Source: Octopus vulgaris (taxonomy: Eukaryota). From it: a DNA stretch of 64,000 nucleotides. The notes beneath the pieces are model-generated. The model had not been told where the DNA came from and did not search any database. It saw only the letters and a list, made by a program, of their open reading frames with translations. Made by a program: the position numbers and the translations under genes. Position 1 is the stretch's first letter, and every line of letters begins with the position of its first letter. The stretch spans positions 67,890,001 to 67,954,000 of the forward strand of contig OX597823.1 of the NCBI GenBank assembly GCA_951406725.2. The letters run 5' to 3'. This document shows positions 26,937-40,998 of the stretch, one piece after another.

Positions 26937-28136
26937 CAGGGTGTTTAAGGTATTTGAGGACATAGCTTTTTGGGTCATTGCTGCACTTTTTGCTAACTCT
27001 GTATAATTTTTGTTTCTGAAAATAATAATGGCAGACCCTCAGCTTACTCAAGAAATGAGTTATGCTGTTATTGCGGTTATAAAGGCTGAGCATAGAGATT
27101 TAGAAATATCTTGATTTTAAAAGTTGCCAAATCTTTTGTCTGTAAAGTTTGTAAGGAGCTAGAGACTGAAGATGGAAACATATCACCAGTATCAAAGCAT
27201 AAAAAGCAATCTAAATGCTCTGAAATCATCAGAACACCTGAATTTATCCAGCAAGTTCAACAGACCATTGAGTGCAATCCCAGAAAGTCCATGAGGTCAA
27301 TTGCAAAAGATCTCTATATGTCAGAAGGAACAGTCAGAAATGTTGTCCATGAAGACATCAGATATAAGTCTTATATGATGAAAAAAGGTCAAGTTGTCGG
27401 AAAAAGCAAAAGAAAATCACTATATCAGATGTAAAAGACTCTTAAACAAACTGAGAAATCCAGCAGAAGATTTGATTTGGTTTTTCTCAAATGAGAAAAA
27501 TTTCAACCAACATCAAAAAGTTAACGGAAGAAATGACAGATGGTTATGTGCAGATCCTTCTGAAGTTCCAAGTGTTATGCATACAAAATTTCCTGTAACT
27601 GTCATGGTTTTAGGGATTGTCAGCAATGAAGGACATGTGATGCCTCCCTACTTCTTTCCACAAGTTAACTCTGCCACCTACACTGAGGTCCTGGAAATAA
27701 TTGTTAAGCCCTGGACAGACAGTGTATGCAATAGAAGGCCATATGTGTTTCAGTAAGACTCTGCACTATCACACATGACTCTAGTAACACAGGAATGGAT
27801 GACTGAACATTTTCATGATCATATAGCTCCTAACATTTGGCTTCCTGATTCCCCAGATCTCAATCTGTTGGACTATTATATGTGGAGCGTTGTTAAGAGA
27901 GAAAGGTCAATGAACATGCCCATAACACCAAAGATTCTTTGAAAGTTGCCATAGTCAGAGTAATGTCCAAAATGAACCAGGACCACTTGATTCAAGCATG
28001 TAGATGATTTAGATCTCATATAGAAGCAGCTGTTGAAGCTGAAGATGGCTTTATTGAATAGCATTATAGCATTTTTTGCTATTAATATTATCTGTTATTA
28101 TATATCTGTTTTTTTTTATAAACATAAATCTGTCCT

Positions 28137-28142
<6 letters not shown>
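26937..28142 (+). mobile_element. Near full-length inactive IS630/Tc1/mariner element, DD37D (maT) type
   Basis: Left TIR TA-CAGGGTGTTTAAGGTATTTGAGGACA, partial right TIR TGTCCTCAAATA. Pseudo-ORF 27028-28061 has an HTH (NPRKSMRSIAKDL), FSNEKNF (first D mutated) and FQ*D followed by exactly 37 residues to SPDLNLLD; stops and frameshifts present. Confidence 0.92.
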
Positions 28143-28186
<44 letters not shown>

Positions 28187-28941
28187 TACATACATACATA
28201 TGCACACACATACATGTGGCTACATCCACTATATTATGAAGTACTTCTGGGGATTTTCATATAACTATGAAAAAATAATACTGGAACTTTACTAATTCAC
28301 TGAATAAATCAGGTTTTTCATGTTTATGCTATTAAAGAGAACAATCTTTAATGAGATGATATTGTTGTTGGTAGTGGTGAAGGTATTTATATCAGTACTG
28401 TCTTAGTCATTGGGCTAAATGCTAATCTATGTATGCTGTGACTTGTCAATAGATAAATACTATATACCTCACAATATTGTTTTGTTTTGGGGCCTATAAT
28501 GCTGTTAACACAGCTCTGATTGATATTACAGATGATTTCAATAATCTCTTCATACAAGCATAGTAATCTGCTAAATAATAATTACTCTAGGTTTTACTGA
28601 GGTTCTTTGTGTCTCATCTCTAATAACTACATTTTAGCTGGCCATTTTGAAACTTGTAGAAATTAATAATTCAGTTGCATTTTACAGAATCATGTGCTTA
28701 GTCTCATGTTGATATTTAATCTACATTAAATATTATAAACAAATATTGTAAACTCTTACATGTTATTTTGATTGGCAGTTTTATTTTAAATGTCAATACA
28801 CAATGCAGCAATTACAAAATGTCCTCAGTTTTTCAATTTCAAACACAAAGATGACACTTTTACCACTATACATTAATGTGCACAATATGGATTATGACTG
28901 AACAGGTTAATACAATTACATATCCCCAAGCTCAAAGACAG

Positions 28942-29018
28942 ACAATATTTACTTGCTGTTTCAACCCAACTGTCAAAGTTTCTTTGATAGTTAGGTTGAA
29001 ACAGCAAGTAAATATTGT
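28942..29018. repeat. 77-bp near-perfect hairpin
   Basis: 37-bp arms with 2 substitutions and a 3-nt loop. Confidence 0.92.
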
Positions 29019-31196
29019 TGAATCAATTTTAGAGGTTTTAACATATAACTGACTACAATTTATAAATGATTTTAGCCATTAATCCAAACTCCATAATAGT
29101 TATAATCCTGGCGAGTCATTTTCAAAATTACATGCTGTTTTCAAATTTAGTTATAAAGTAGAATTCTCATGATATATAATCATCACTTCATAGCTTTGTT
29201 AAAAGAAACTTAAACAAAACAAGCAAAAATGATACAGCAAAACAAATGAATTTTTTTTTAAATGTGTTCATAATTAAATTCTAGAAATTTAGCTAATAAA
29301 AACAAATTAAGAAGACAAAAACAAAATCAAAATGTTATTTTATGAGGATATAAAAACATTTACTTCAGAGTAAATGCTTTAGTAAAATATTTTAAGTGGA
29401 TGAAGTGATGGAGTGAATTTTATGAGAAGAACATATCAAAAAGTCAGAAACATTTAGTATTTAGTGTTCTACAAAAAGAGAAAGTGTAGGCTGAAAGCTT
29501 TTTATTCTATTTCACTAATCAATTACTTTATGTTCATAGATATGTAGGTTATTAGCTTACTAATAGTATCAACTTCAAAGCCATTATTCTTGTTCCTACA
29601 TTTATTTAGTAATGTAATTTTAATCCTAATTAGCATTAATGATCTTTATCATTTGTTTTCTCTGCATAGTTTAAATAAAGGCTATTTGTTTTGCTTGTGG
29701 GTACTCCAAATATAAAATTACCGATACTATCCTTTTTTGATTTAACAAGGTTTTCTCACTTTCATTATCAGCTTCTGTACTGTCATATTGGCTGGTTTCA
29801 TTTCTGTTTCAAATATCAAGCTTTGCCAGTCATTCAATATTTTGTTTCTCATTCAGTTCTTAATATTCAAATGAAGACAAGTGAATTCAAAAAAGTCTTT
29901 GATCCATTTTTTTGCTTCAGTCACCTATCTCATTTCCCATTTATATTAATGTTTCAAGTAGAAATTATCCTCTCCAGTGGGAGAGAATCAACCAAGAACT
30001 ACAAGAATCTATAGTGAAAGCATTTCCTTACAAGAAATTGCTGAAGGAAATAGTTTGGAATATTTTTTGCGGATGTGAAATTAAAAGTAAAAATAAAGAA
30101 CAAATATAAATATTTTTATGTCTCTATTTCAGCAACAAATAAATCTGTCTTTTAAAAGATTAATATGTTTATAGCTAAATGCCAACAGTATTGTAGCCAT
30201 CCTATATAGTGGGTGGATTAATAGGTATTTCTCAGTGTTTTCTCAAATGATATTACGTAATGTTTGTGAAAACTGAGAACCATGTATCTGAAACCTTAAC
30301 AAATCAGCCTAAAACATCTAAATGTAAGATGCATCAAGAGAAAGTATATATTATTTAATTTGATTTATTGCTAAGTTTTCTGGTTAATATTTGTTGCTGA
30401 GTTTAACATTTTATATTACAGTGGTTAGTTAATGCAGGGAAAAGATTTGATTGTCAAAAGTCTGTCAATAATAAAAATTCTCTGTCCTCTTGTGATAAAC
30501 TTCTTCATATGTCATTGCTATACTAAATCTAATTTCTTGGGCTACACAGTAATATTCAATGATTAATGCTTTTATTCTTTATCTGTAAGGTTGAATAGAT
30601 ATTAATAAATTTACCTGTAGTACTAATCAAATTTACACTAATATCAGAAGGCACATATATGTGGAAAGACATAAAAATATAGAAAACAGGTGTAGAATTG
30701 TGACAAGTCTTTCACCTAAAATTTGCTCAAGTACAATACATATATTTACATTCCCATGAAAGATTATTATATTTTCATTTTCCTTTCTACTCATATGTCT
30801 AGTTTTTTTTTCTTGTTCTGGTCTTCATAATTGTTTTTATGAATTTTTATACTTTTTTCCCATTGTGACTATGATAATAGAGTTAGCAAAAAGACACTGT
30901 TGAAATAAAGCCTAGAGACCTTTATAATCCCTGTCCAATTCATTAATTGCAAGCAACATATATTATTTTTATATATTTTTTATTCTGACAGTGACTGACA
31001 ACATTAAATTAAAAGGGTAAGCCTAGAAATCCTGAACCTAGGATGCAAACAACACAACTCAACAAACATATATATTTGAAATATGGAAATAGAAATAGTG
31101 TGAAGTACGCTGTTTCGAAATTATTATTATTTGAGTAATGTGTACATACACATGCAAGATAATGAATCATTATTATAATTATCATCATCATGTCAT

Positions 31197-31231
<35 letters not shown>

Positions 31232-32148
31232 GAATTATTTTTATTTACACACATATAGTTTCAGATAAGGAAGTGAACTCTTAAGGTTAAGGGAATGGTT
31301 GCAAAATTGGAATCTTTATATTTCTACCAGATACTGAGTTAGTAGTGAACAGGGGAAGGAAGATAGAGGGTGACAGTGAAGAATCATGATACAGGGATCA
31401 CATTTTGTATTCTGGTACCTACCTTAGATTGCTGACAAGGGATGAAGAACGTCTGAAATATTGTGGAAATATAAACAGTTTATTGTCAAGTGCATTTTGA
31501 AACTTGCTCAAGAGTATACAATTATCCCTGACTACACCTAGAAATATCTCGGCTCTTTATCGCATAGTTTTCATTCAGGGGAGACTTATCAAATAAAATT
31601 TATAACAAAACAAAATGCTTAGAAGGACAAAAAAAATGGAAATCAAAAGTTATAACAACTCATTATTTGTATCATTAACATTTTTCTTTTAAAAGTCATT
31701 AAAGACAACAGAGATGGATAAAAATTCCTGTGTATTCCTCAGCAAAAAATCTTGATCATTATATTTTGAAGAGAAAAATTTCTCGAAATACTTTTTATTG
31801 TAAATAAAGATTTTTTCTTGAATGTGTACTTTTAATAAAAAAAATGAAATTTTAAAGATTACTAGATAAACATATTAGAGAATTTTTAATGACATCCAAA
31901 CATTAAATTCTTCTGTCTATAATTCTGTATATTTTTAATTTGAATGTTCTGATGCATATCATGTGTAATTTCAATTTCAAAATCAGATATGTTTGTTGAA
32001 TTAGGACACATGCACTGTAAGTATATAATGGGTTTGTAATATGTGTTCTGTTATAAAACTTCAAGTTCAGTACTCTATTCATATAAGTATTTTAATGCTA
32101 TAATCCACTATAGAATAATTCTTTTGTCAATAATGTGTGGGTATATAT

Positions 32149-32487
32149 CATCATCATCATTTAACGTCCGCTTTCCATGCTAGCATGGATTGGACGATTT
32201 GACTGAGGACTGGCAAACTAGATGGCTGCATCAGGCTCCAATCTGATCTGGCAGAGTTTCTACAGCTGGATGCCCTTCCTAACGCCAACCACTCCGAGAA
32301 TGTAGTAGGTGCTTTTACGTGCCACCGGCATGAGGGCCAGTCAGGCGGTACTGGCAATGGCCATGCTCGAAATGGTGTTTTTTACGTGCCACCTGCACAG
32401 GAGTCAGTCCAGCAGCACTGGTAACTACCTCACTCGAATGTTCTGTTCATGTGCCACCGGTACAAGTACCAGTAAGGTGACGCTGGA
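32149..32487 (-). mobile_element. SINE family A copy
   Basis: CATCATCATTTAACGTCCGCTTTCCATGCTAGCATGG..GGATGCCCTTCCTAACGCCAACCACTCCGAG. Confidence 0.88.
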
Positions 32488-33067
32488 CATATATAGACAC
32501 ACACATACATAGCTGTTATTAAACTTAAGGTCTTTTTAGATCAGAGAAACCAGCTTGTAGATATAACACATTTTTAGCAACTGGTTTGATTAATAAATTA
32601 CTTGTCTAAAGTCCAATGATTGAAGGAAGGAAAAAAAAGTTTTGTTTTTGATTTTATAATGCAGTGTTTCTCATGTAGTTGGGGTGGAGCTGCAATGATT
32701 TAAAAGAGAGCAGATAAATTGCAATGTTTAAAAAAATTGAAATCGTGAACCTTTTAACTTTTCAAACACCTTGGCAAAGGAAAAAGAATTATATGGATGC
32801 AAACTCTATTTTATTTTATAAATAATGATGGATGGGGGACAAAAAATTTCATAACCTTTAACAAGGCCTGGTACTTCTCTCTTGAGAATCACTACTGTAA
32901 CATCTGTAGAATAAATCTATAGATGTTGGTCAACAGTCTAGTATATCATAACATAAAGAAAACAATTACTACTAAACCACAAGTAATTTATTAATCATAT
33001 TAGCTGGCAAAAATAAATTGCGTTTGAGAATTGACTTATCTGATTTAATAAAACTTTTTAATAGCGA

Positions 33068-33114
<47 letters not shown>

Positions 33115-34647
33115 GACTAAGAATCCATGTCAGAAAAAATATACATTTGTATGTGGGTATATAAATAAAAAAATATACAATATTATTAATCCATTTACAG
33201 CTGATCTTCTCAATCTGTTTTAAACTAATTATTAAAACTGTATGTTAGATAACTGCTCAGTTAAGTTGTAAAGTGCACTATTTTTTTCAATTCCTGTCAT
33301 CTCTGAAGAGCATGTGATATTACATTACTATTCCGTTATCTAACACCTGGTTTTAATACCCTGTGTGAAACTAATTGATAAGATTGGCTGCACAGGTACA
33401 GTCCCACTGTGAAGTAGCTTTCTAGTAATTTGACTAGAAATTCTTCAAAGTGGCACCCCAGTATGGCTCCGATCTAATGTCTGAAACAAGTAAAATATAA
33501 AGATAATACACACACATGCATAAGAATTTCTAGTTGAATGACTCTACTCCAGTACTTATTTTATTTTAAAGCCTGGTACTTATTCTATCAGACACTTTTT
33601 TCTTAAACCATTAATTTACATGGAAGTAAATACTCCAACACTGGTTATCAAGTGCTAGTGTAATCAGTTGCTTCACACACACAATATTGGCTGAAATATA
33701 TAGGTTTCTTTTGTAGTATATTATAATTAAAAAAATGAACACTGCTAACACATCTGCAATGCATTATGTCAATAACAGTGTAGTGATGATTGATAAAATG
33801 ATTGACAAAGAAGTCCATAATAATAGAAATACTTTTACTTTTATTTCTAAAAAATGTCTATCTGTCTTAATATTAATTCTATTTCTTGAGGAAGCTTAAT
33901 TAAACTCTTTAATTGTAAGGATTGAATGAAATTTATGATACGAGTTTCTATGTTTTTAAAACTGCTTTCTGAAAATTTGGAAATCTTACCATATAAAAAT
34001 TATGTCTATTGAATTTTAAGCTTATATTTCTAAAAGAAATGCATACATTCTTGTAACTATGAACAGATTAAAAAAGTTCTTACTGAGAATATTTTTGTAC
34101 AAATAAATAAATACATGCATTTTACTTTTATACATTGAGCACTTCGCTTTAAATTGAGCTTTCTCCTTATTGTTTTTGTTATATGAATACTCAACAATAC
34201 CAACAGATACATAAAGTATTTCAGCTGATCATATATTGCCTGTGCTTTGGCAGAGTTTCTGTTTACCAAACTAGCACTGTCAAACTGAGAGTATGATATA
34301 AAATACCTGCCAAAATTGCCATGCAGTGTGATTGAGAATGGTACAATGTGATTGTGAAGTAAATTTCTTAGTTACACAGACAAGCTTGTATGTGCGGTAA
34401 AGACGATTCATATTTCCTATAAATTTAATTGGTAATTGCAACATACTCAATACAGACTAGTCTTATCTATTCACTCCATCTTGAAGAAAAAAAAAGGTAA
34501 ATGAAAGGTTTGTGGTAAACACTTGAATGTAGAACGAAGAAATACAAATATAGATTTCATTAAAATGTTACCACTGTTCTACCAGTGCTTAAATGTGATA
34601 TGAATAAATGGCTGCAATGTGAAATCAAAATAAGTAGAAAGATTCTA

Positions 34648-35102
34648 AAGCTGTGTGGTTAAGAAGCTCACTTTGCAACAATGTGGTTTCAAGTTTAGTT
34701 CCATTGTGTGGCACCTTGGTCAAGTGTCTTCTATTGTAACCATTGGCTAACCAATGCTTTGTGAGTGAATTTGGTAGACAAAAACTTTATTGAAGAAAAT
34801 CTCTGTGTGTGTGTGTGTGTGTGTGTATACATACATTCACACATGTATATATATATGTATGAATATATATATATTTGCATGTGAGTATGTATGTCTTTGT
34901 ATTTACATTTGTCCCCTGCTGTTTCTTGAAAATGGGTGTTGATTTTCTTACATCCCTATGACTTAATGGCTTGGTAAAAGAGACTGATTGAATAAGTACC
35001 AGACTTTAAAAAAATATTTACTAGGGTCAACTTTTAAATGGAACTCAAAGCGATGCCCCAGAATGGTTGCAATTCAATGACTGAAACAAGTAAAAGATAA
35101 AA
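34648..35102 (+). mobile_element. tRNA-derived SINE family C (CORE-like domain), degenerate full-length copy
   Basis: GCTGTGTGGTTAAGAAG..GTGGCACCTTGGTCAAGTGTCTTCT, internal (TG)n, ends ATGACTGAAACAAGTAAAAGATAAAA; matches 63790-64000. Confidence 0.8.
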
Positions 35103-38100
35103 GGCAAAAATTTTAATATAACATACACACACAACCTTTTAAATTTATTCATTATCAAATACCCAAATATTCTAAATGATTACTCATAATTACCAATGGA
35201 TGTGTAATGACTTTTCTTCTTTTACTGGTTTCAGTCATTGAGCTGTAGCTATGCTGGGACATTTCCATTAATAATATTGTCAATTACATGGAACTGGTGT
35301 AAAATTCATCAACTAGTACTTATTGTATCATTGAAAGGATGACAAGCAAAGTGTACCTCAACAGGATTTGAACTCAGAAAACAAATGGATGTTGACAAAT
35401 ATCATAAGGTATGCCATCTGACATTACCAATGCTGTCAACCACCCATTATATTCTTATTTTTCATGGAAACAAACTAATTCTTGGAAATATTTTTCTTGC
35501 AAATTACTTGGCTCTCCAGTTAAATATTGTATTTATTTGTAAGTTTGAAAAACTCAATAGCACAGACGATAAATAAAATCTTTTCTAACTAGATATACTT
35601 TTGAACAACTGCCAAGTATTTTTCTTTAAATTAATTTCATTCGTCATAATTGCTTTGTAGAGTAAAATTACTTTTAGGAAAGTAATTCTTAAAACTTGCC
35701 TTATTATCTTGAATATGTTTTAAAAATGTATGTTCTACAATCATTATTAGCTAGAGAGTTGTTCATCATGTTACTTAAACTATTTAGCCAAGCTTGTAAA
35801 AGTTTATAAATAAATGTGCTACTTTCTGTTACAGTGTAATAATAATTAGTGTATTAATAGTTAAGTATATAGGACTGGTGAACAGCTCAATTTTATCTGT
35901 GTTTTAGTTGGTAAAAGAACCTTCCCCCTCCTATCAATATACTCACTCATTTATCATAGATTGTTTTCCTAATAAAAATATGACACTGTTGGGTAGCAAA
36001 CTATTCCTTTGTTCCAGAGTGAGGTTTCTTCTTGTGAAGCCTACTTAAAGCTAGATGGAACCAACTGCTATAAATTAACTGTTATGGTTAAGGACTGACT
36101 ATAAAATATAAATCAGCTGTGTCATCTATGGTTCTTATTGTAATATCATAAGTAATAATTAAAATTTATCATGCCATATGCTTTACGATAACCAGAAGTT
36201 GCTACATATACACAAAAGGAAATTAGCTATAGCCACATTACTTTTAATATCACATTGCCTCAGAACACTTTTGATTTTAAAGTTATATTGTAATTAGCCT
36301 GCCTGCCAATTTCAGCTTAATGGAAGTACTATTTCTTCACTAAATCACTCCAAATTCTTGATTCTTTTCAAAATTAATCATAACATATAAGCTATGCATT
36401 TCATTAAAGATATAGCTGGAATGATTGTTTTTTAAAATTTCAAGAAAAATAAACTTCAAGGAATGATTTCAGAAATTTAAATTAAAAATATCTCTCACCT
36501 ATCTATCAAATGAGATTTCTTTAACAAAAATAATGTGAAATAACTTTATACAAATATAACTTGTGGAAAAAATATTAGAACCTTTCAACTATTGTTCAAG
36601 TGGTTTTGTTGAAAATGATTTTAAACTTCAAAAAGAGTCATTCAGTCAGTGTTATTCTTTAATTCTTGGAAAAGTTGTCATGATTTGCTTTGAGGTATTT
36701 CTGAAACATGTTTCAATTTTGTGTGTGAATTATTGTCCAAACAATAGAAGTGAGAATATGGGTAGTTAGTTACAGTTCTATAATACAGGCATAATTAAAG
36801 AAAAGAATATTGGCAATGGCATGCCAGTGTTTCTAATATGAGTAACAGTAACAGTAGCATATAATGTAGATTATCCTTGATTAGGCTATGCACATTGCAT
36901 TTCACTTCAGTAAATTCTCCAATCGTCATGTAGAATATTTCTCATTACACACACTTATAATGCACACTTATACGATTTTGCTTATCCAGTTCATACTCCT
37001 CTTCAACATCATCATGATCATCGTCATCGTCATCATCATCAATGCCATTGTTACTGCTACATCCTACTTGACAAACTGATAGAATCATTACAACTTCAAA
37101 TGAAATACTTTGCAGTATTTATTTTGATTTCTTGCATTCTGAGTTCCATTCCCTCTGAGAGCAACTTTGCCTTTCACCCTCCTGGGATCAATAAATTAAG
37201 TAAAAGTTTAGGGTAGTAGACTGGCCTGAACTCTTTATATTCTGCATTCAGTTGTTGCGCTGATCTACTTAGATAGTAGCTTTTATATGTTACCTGGTTT
37301 AAGAACATCACACATCCCAATCCACTCTGTTACAAACATTCAGATTAATTTGAAGAAAACTTTCTCCTTCTCTTCCACTAGTCTCAAAGGTTTTGAAAAC
37401 GGGTCTTGAGCATTGCCCTTCTCTTCTGACTAAGTGATAAAACTAAATTTTTTAGATGCTGAATCTCTTGTTGAACTAACAGAGAACCAACATTTAGTCC
37501 ATTTATTTTTGATCAATTTATTTTTACTTTTTTCCCCACTCTACTCACACCTCATACAACCTGCCCTATCAGAGGTAAATGACACTGAATTTTGATGTAC
37601 TTTTTACACAGGTCATTATGATTTCAAGTGAATTCATGTTGATAAATATTCTTGTCTGTATGGTGCTGCTAGAGTTCTAATTTCCTGCTAGTATGTAACA
37701 TATTACATTTCATATTTTATATAAAGCTAGTTAAACAAAGTATGTGGTAGTAACATATATAATGGCTCCTCCAAGCCTCTTTCTTTTTCTGAATTATTAA
37801 AAGAAAGTGCACCATCATCCATACACCTGTATGTGTATATATATATAAATACACACACACACACATATACATATTATAATTCCTGTTTACCAAAGTAATA
37901 CCAATAACCAGGTGACAAATATTCTTAGACATGTAATGCACAGTATTATTAAATTCTGTTGGCAAAGTGGTATGAATTTCACTGACACATACACATTATA
38001 ATATATTTAGTTCATAAATATATTATGCATTAAATGTATCATATAATCATATGTAAAATATATACAGTGCATACATAAATGCACACTTAACCATGTAACT

Positions 38101-38326
38101 CATATTCCTTAACGATCTGCTGTCAAGTATGAACTGATCGATAAAGAAAGTTTTTAACTTGTCTGTAAGTCATGTAGTTACTACACCACCCATAAGTGAA
38201 GAGTTATAACCAAACAGAGTGTAATGAATACATGCAAACGTTTATTATCTGTATTTTAAAGATGTTATTACCCTGTTTAAAAATACTTATATTCATAACA
38301 ATTTTATTTTATGACCATTGCTGATA

Positions 38327-38364
<38 letters not shown>

Positions 38365-39049
38365 TCATACACACACACACACACACACACTCACTCATAC
38401 ACACACAAAATGGCAGTCATTATATCGTGTTTAGCATGGATGTATTATTAGGACACAGTATTACTGTAGTATTTGACTTGAGAGATTCTCCCATAGACAA
38501 TCACTTGCAGACAAGAATCGTCTAGCATGGGAGGCAGAACAGTAAGATCATGTAATTTCAGCATTTCTATACTACATTAGTGGCAGGTGGAAAAGAAAGA
38601 TATCTCTATATATTTGTCTATCTCTTCTGTTTATGCTTTTCTCATTGTAAACTTTCACTCTCTCAATCTCTCTATCTCTGTATATATACTTATCACATGC
38701 TCTCTCTCTCCTCTCTCTGTATATATACTTATCACATTCTCTTTCACTCTCTGTATATAAATATCACTCATGTTGAGTGTGTGCTTGTCAGTGTGTATGT
38801 ATGTATGCATGTATGTAAGGAATTTCATTAAGGTGACAGAGTCGAAAGACACAAAGCATCGCCAACAAGCTAAAACAAAAACTTAGTTTATTGATACATT
38901 GCCCCAAATAATGCAAAAATCTGTCCTGATCAAGAGGCCTATCCATTGGGAAAGATATGGTCTGACAAGGAACAAAAAAATTGATATAAAGGCATTTTAA
39001 TGTGAAAATTGTCCAGCAACGATGAGATACTTGGGTAGTGTGTGTGTGT

Positions 39050-39430
39050 GTCTTCTTTTACATGCGTCAGTCATTGGACTGCGACCATGCTGGGGCACTG
39101 CCTTGCAGGCTTTATTTGAACAAATTAACCCTGGTATTTTTCTTTTTAAAACTGATACTTATTCTACCAGTTGCTTTTGCCAAACTGCTAAGTTATAGGG
39201 AGATAAACAAACCAAATGGCAGGGGAAAGATAAACACAAAAACACACTCATGCTCACATTACACATATACAACATGCTTCCACACACTTTCCAGTTACCA
39301 AATCCACTCACAAGGCATCAGTTGGCCCAGGGCTACTGTAGAAGATATTTGCCCAAGGTGCCATGCAGTGGGCTTGAACCTGAAACTATGTAGTTACAAA
39401 GCAAGCTTTTTAACTACTTAGGCACGCCTC
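39050..39430 (-). mobile_element. SINE family C copy
   Basis: Reverse complement of the family C head (TTGCCCAAGGTGCCATGCAGTGGG..GAACC) and tail. Confidence 0.8.
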
Positions 39431-39496
39431 TCTGTGTGTATACATATAAATACATACATGCTTATATACATGTACATACATACACATGTGTATATG

Positions 39497-39542
<46 letters not shown>

Positions 39543-40628
39543 TTCATACACACACACGCTAGACTCTATGAAACTTTCTGCCAGTGTCTATTGAGTTTTT
39601 TAGTGTTTTACCCACAAAAAAGGAAAAGTGTCTAACTACACTCTATACATCATTGCCATCACCACCACAGCTACCACCATCACCATAAATTCACATCAAT
39701 TTTTCTGTGCTGACATGAGTTGTATATATGTGGCATAAAGAACTTGGTTCAATGTAGCTTTATATATGTATAAATATACTTGTTTGTATCAAATTCTCAG
39801 ACTTGTCTACTTTGTCTAGAATTTAAACATTTATTCTTTTTATGAACCACAAATGTAAAGTTTTTTATATTTTCTTTCAATGTCCATTTTTGAAAAGTAC
39901 TCTTTGAAATCTTGATATAATATTCATCATAAGTTAGTAAATGTTTTTACACACACACACACACATACATGCACACACACAACATTCACTTATGCGCATT
40001 CACACATACACGAATATCTAATGTTCACATGCACACAAACATAAATGTAAACGCACATGCATATATCAAACTTGTATATATGTCCCTGTCAATAATGGCC
40101 CAATAATATTTTCATTTTTATTTTTCTGAATATGGTTCTTTAATTCATTTAATCTATAACTAACATCAAAATGAAATTATGACTATGACATACCATAAAA
40201 ACATAAGAGGCTTATGTTTTTCTTCTCTTATCAGTCCATTACTTGATATGTTAGCTGCTCTTCCCATTCAACCATTCATGTGGTACAGTGTGTTGATTCA
40301 ATGGCAACTTGGATGACAGCCAACTAGGTGATGTATAACTGGATAACTAACTTGGCTATCTAACATCCTAAGTGACTGGGTTGCATAAGTTTAGTCAGAA
40401 AAAAGTATTATTGATGCTGCTTAGCTCCAGATCAACCCCTATTTAGCAAATCATTCCAGTTGCGATTACATTTTTTTTTTTCAATCTGAGGGTCTACATG
40501 TGTCAGCTGTCCCCACTTTTTGATATACTCTCATCTCTCAATCACACACCCTTTATTTTATTCACTGCATTATGCTTCTTGTATAACTGAAGATACCAGT
40601 GAATCTTTCCTATTCACTGTATCATATT

Positions 40629-40998
40629 AATGCATTCGAGCTTTGGTGCTGGAGAAGACTTTTAAGGATTCCATGGACAGCAGCGAGGCTCACCAATGGA
40701 GAAGTTCTTAAGCAGGTCAGGCTGAAAATGTCGCTAGAAGCTAGGATCACCAAGCATAGATTGGCATATTTCGGTCATATTATGTGGAGAAAATCCCCGG
40801 AGAAGGACATCATGCTTGGAAAGGTCAGTGGCAAGAGAGGAAGAGGCTGACCAAGAACCCGCTGGCTTGACACCATCAAGAGGGATACCGGAATGGACAT
40901 AGCCAATCTGAAAGAAGCTGCCCAGGATAGAACTGACTGGAGGACACTGATCCAACGAGTGACCGAGAGTCGATTTCAACTGAGCAGATAGATAGATA
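40629..40998 (+). mobile_element. 5'-truncated RTE/BovB-like LINE with TSD
   Basis: NAFELWCWRRLLRIPWTA..RLAYFGHIM..EKDIMLGKVSGKRGRG*PRTRWLD..WR; (GATA)n tail; 10-bp TSD GTATCATATT at 40619-40628 and 40999-41008. Confidence 0.93.

Noticed and set aside
30462-30540. Minus-strand TYEEV motif resembling the MAGUK HOOK/GUK boundary
   Set aside because: Context (RFSIAMTYEEVYHKRTENFYY*) lacks the following R..VL.GP.GVG, hits a stop and has no good splice donor; probably chance.
31430-31466. CTGACAAG-GGATG-loop-CGTCT-GAAA hammerhead-like motif
   Set aside because: G8 is mutated and no stem I or III can be formed; too degenerate to call.
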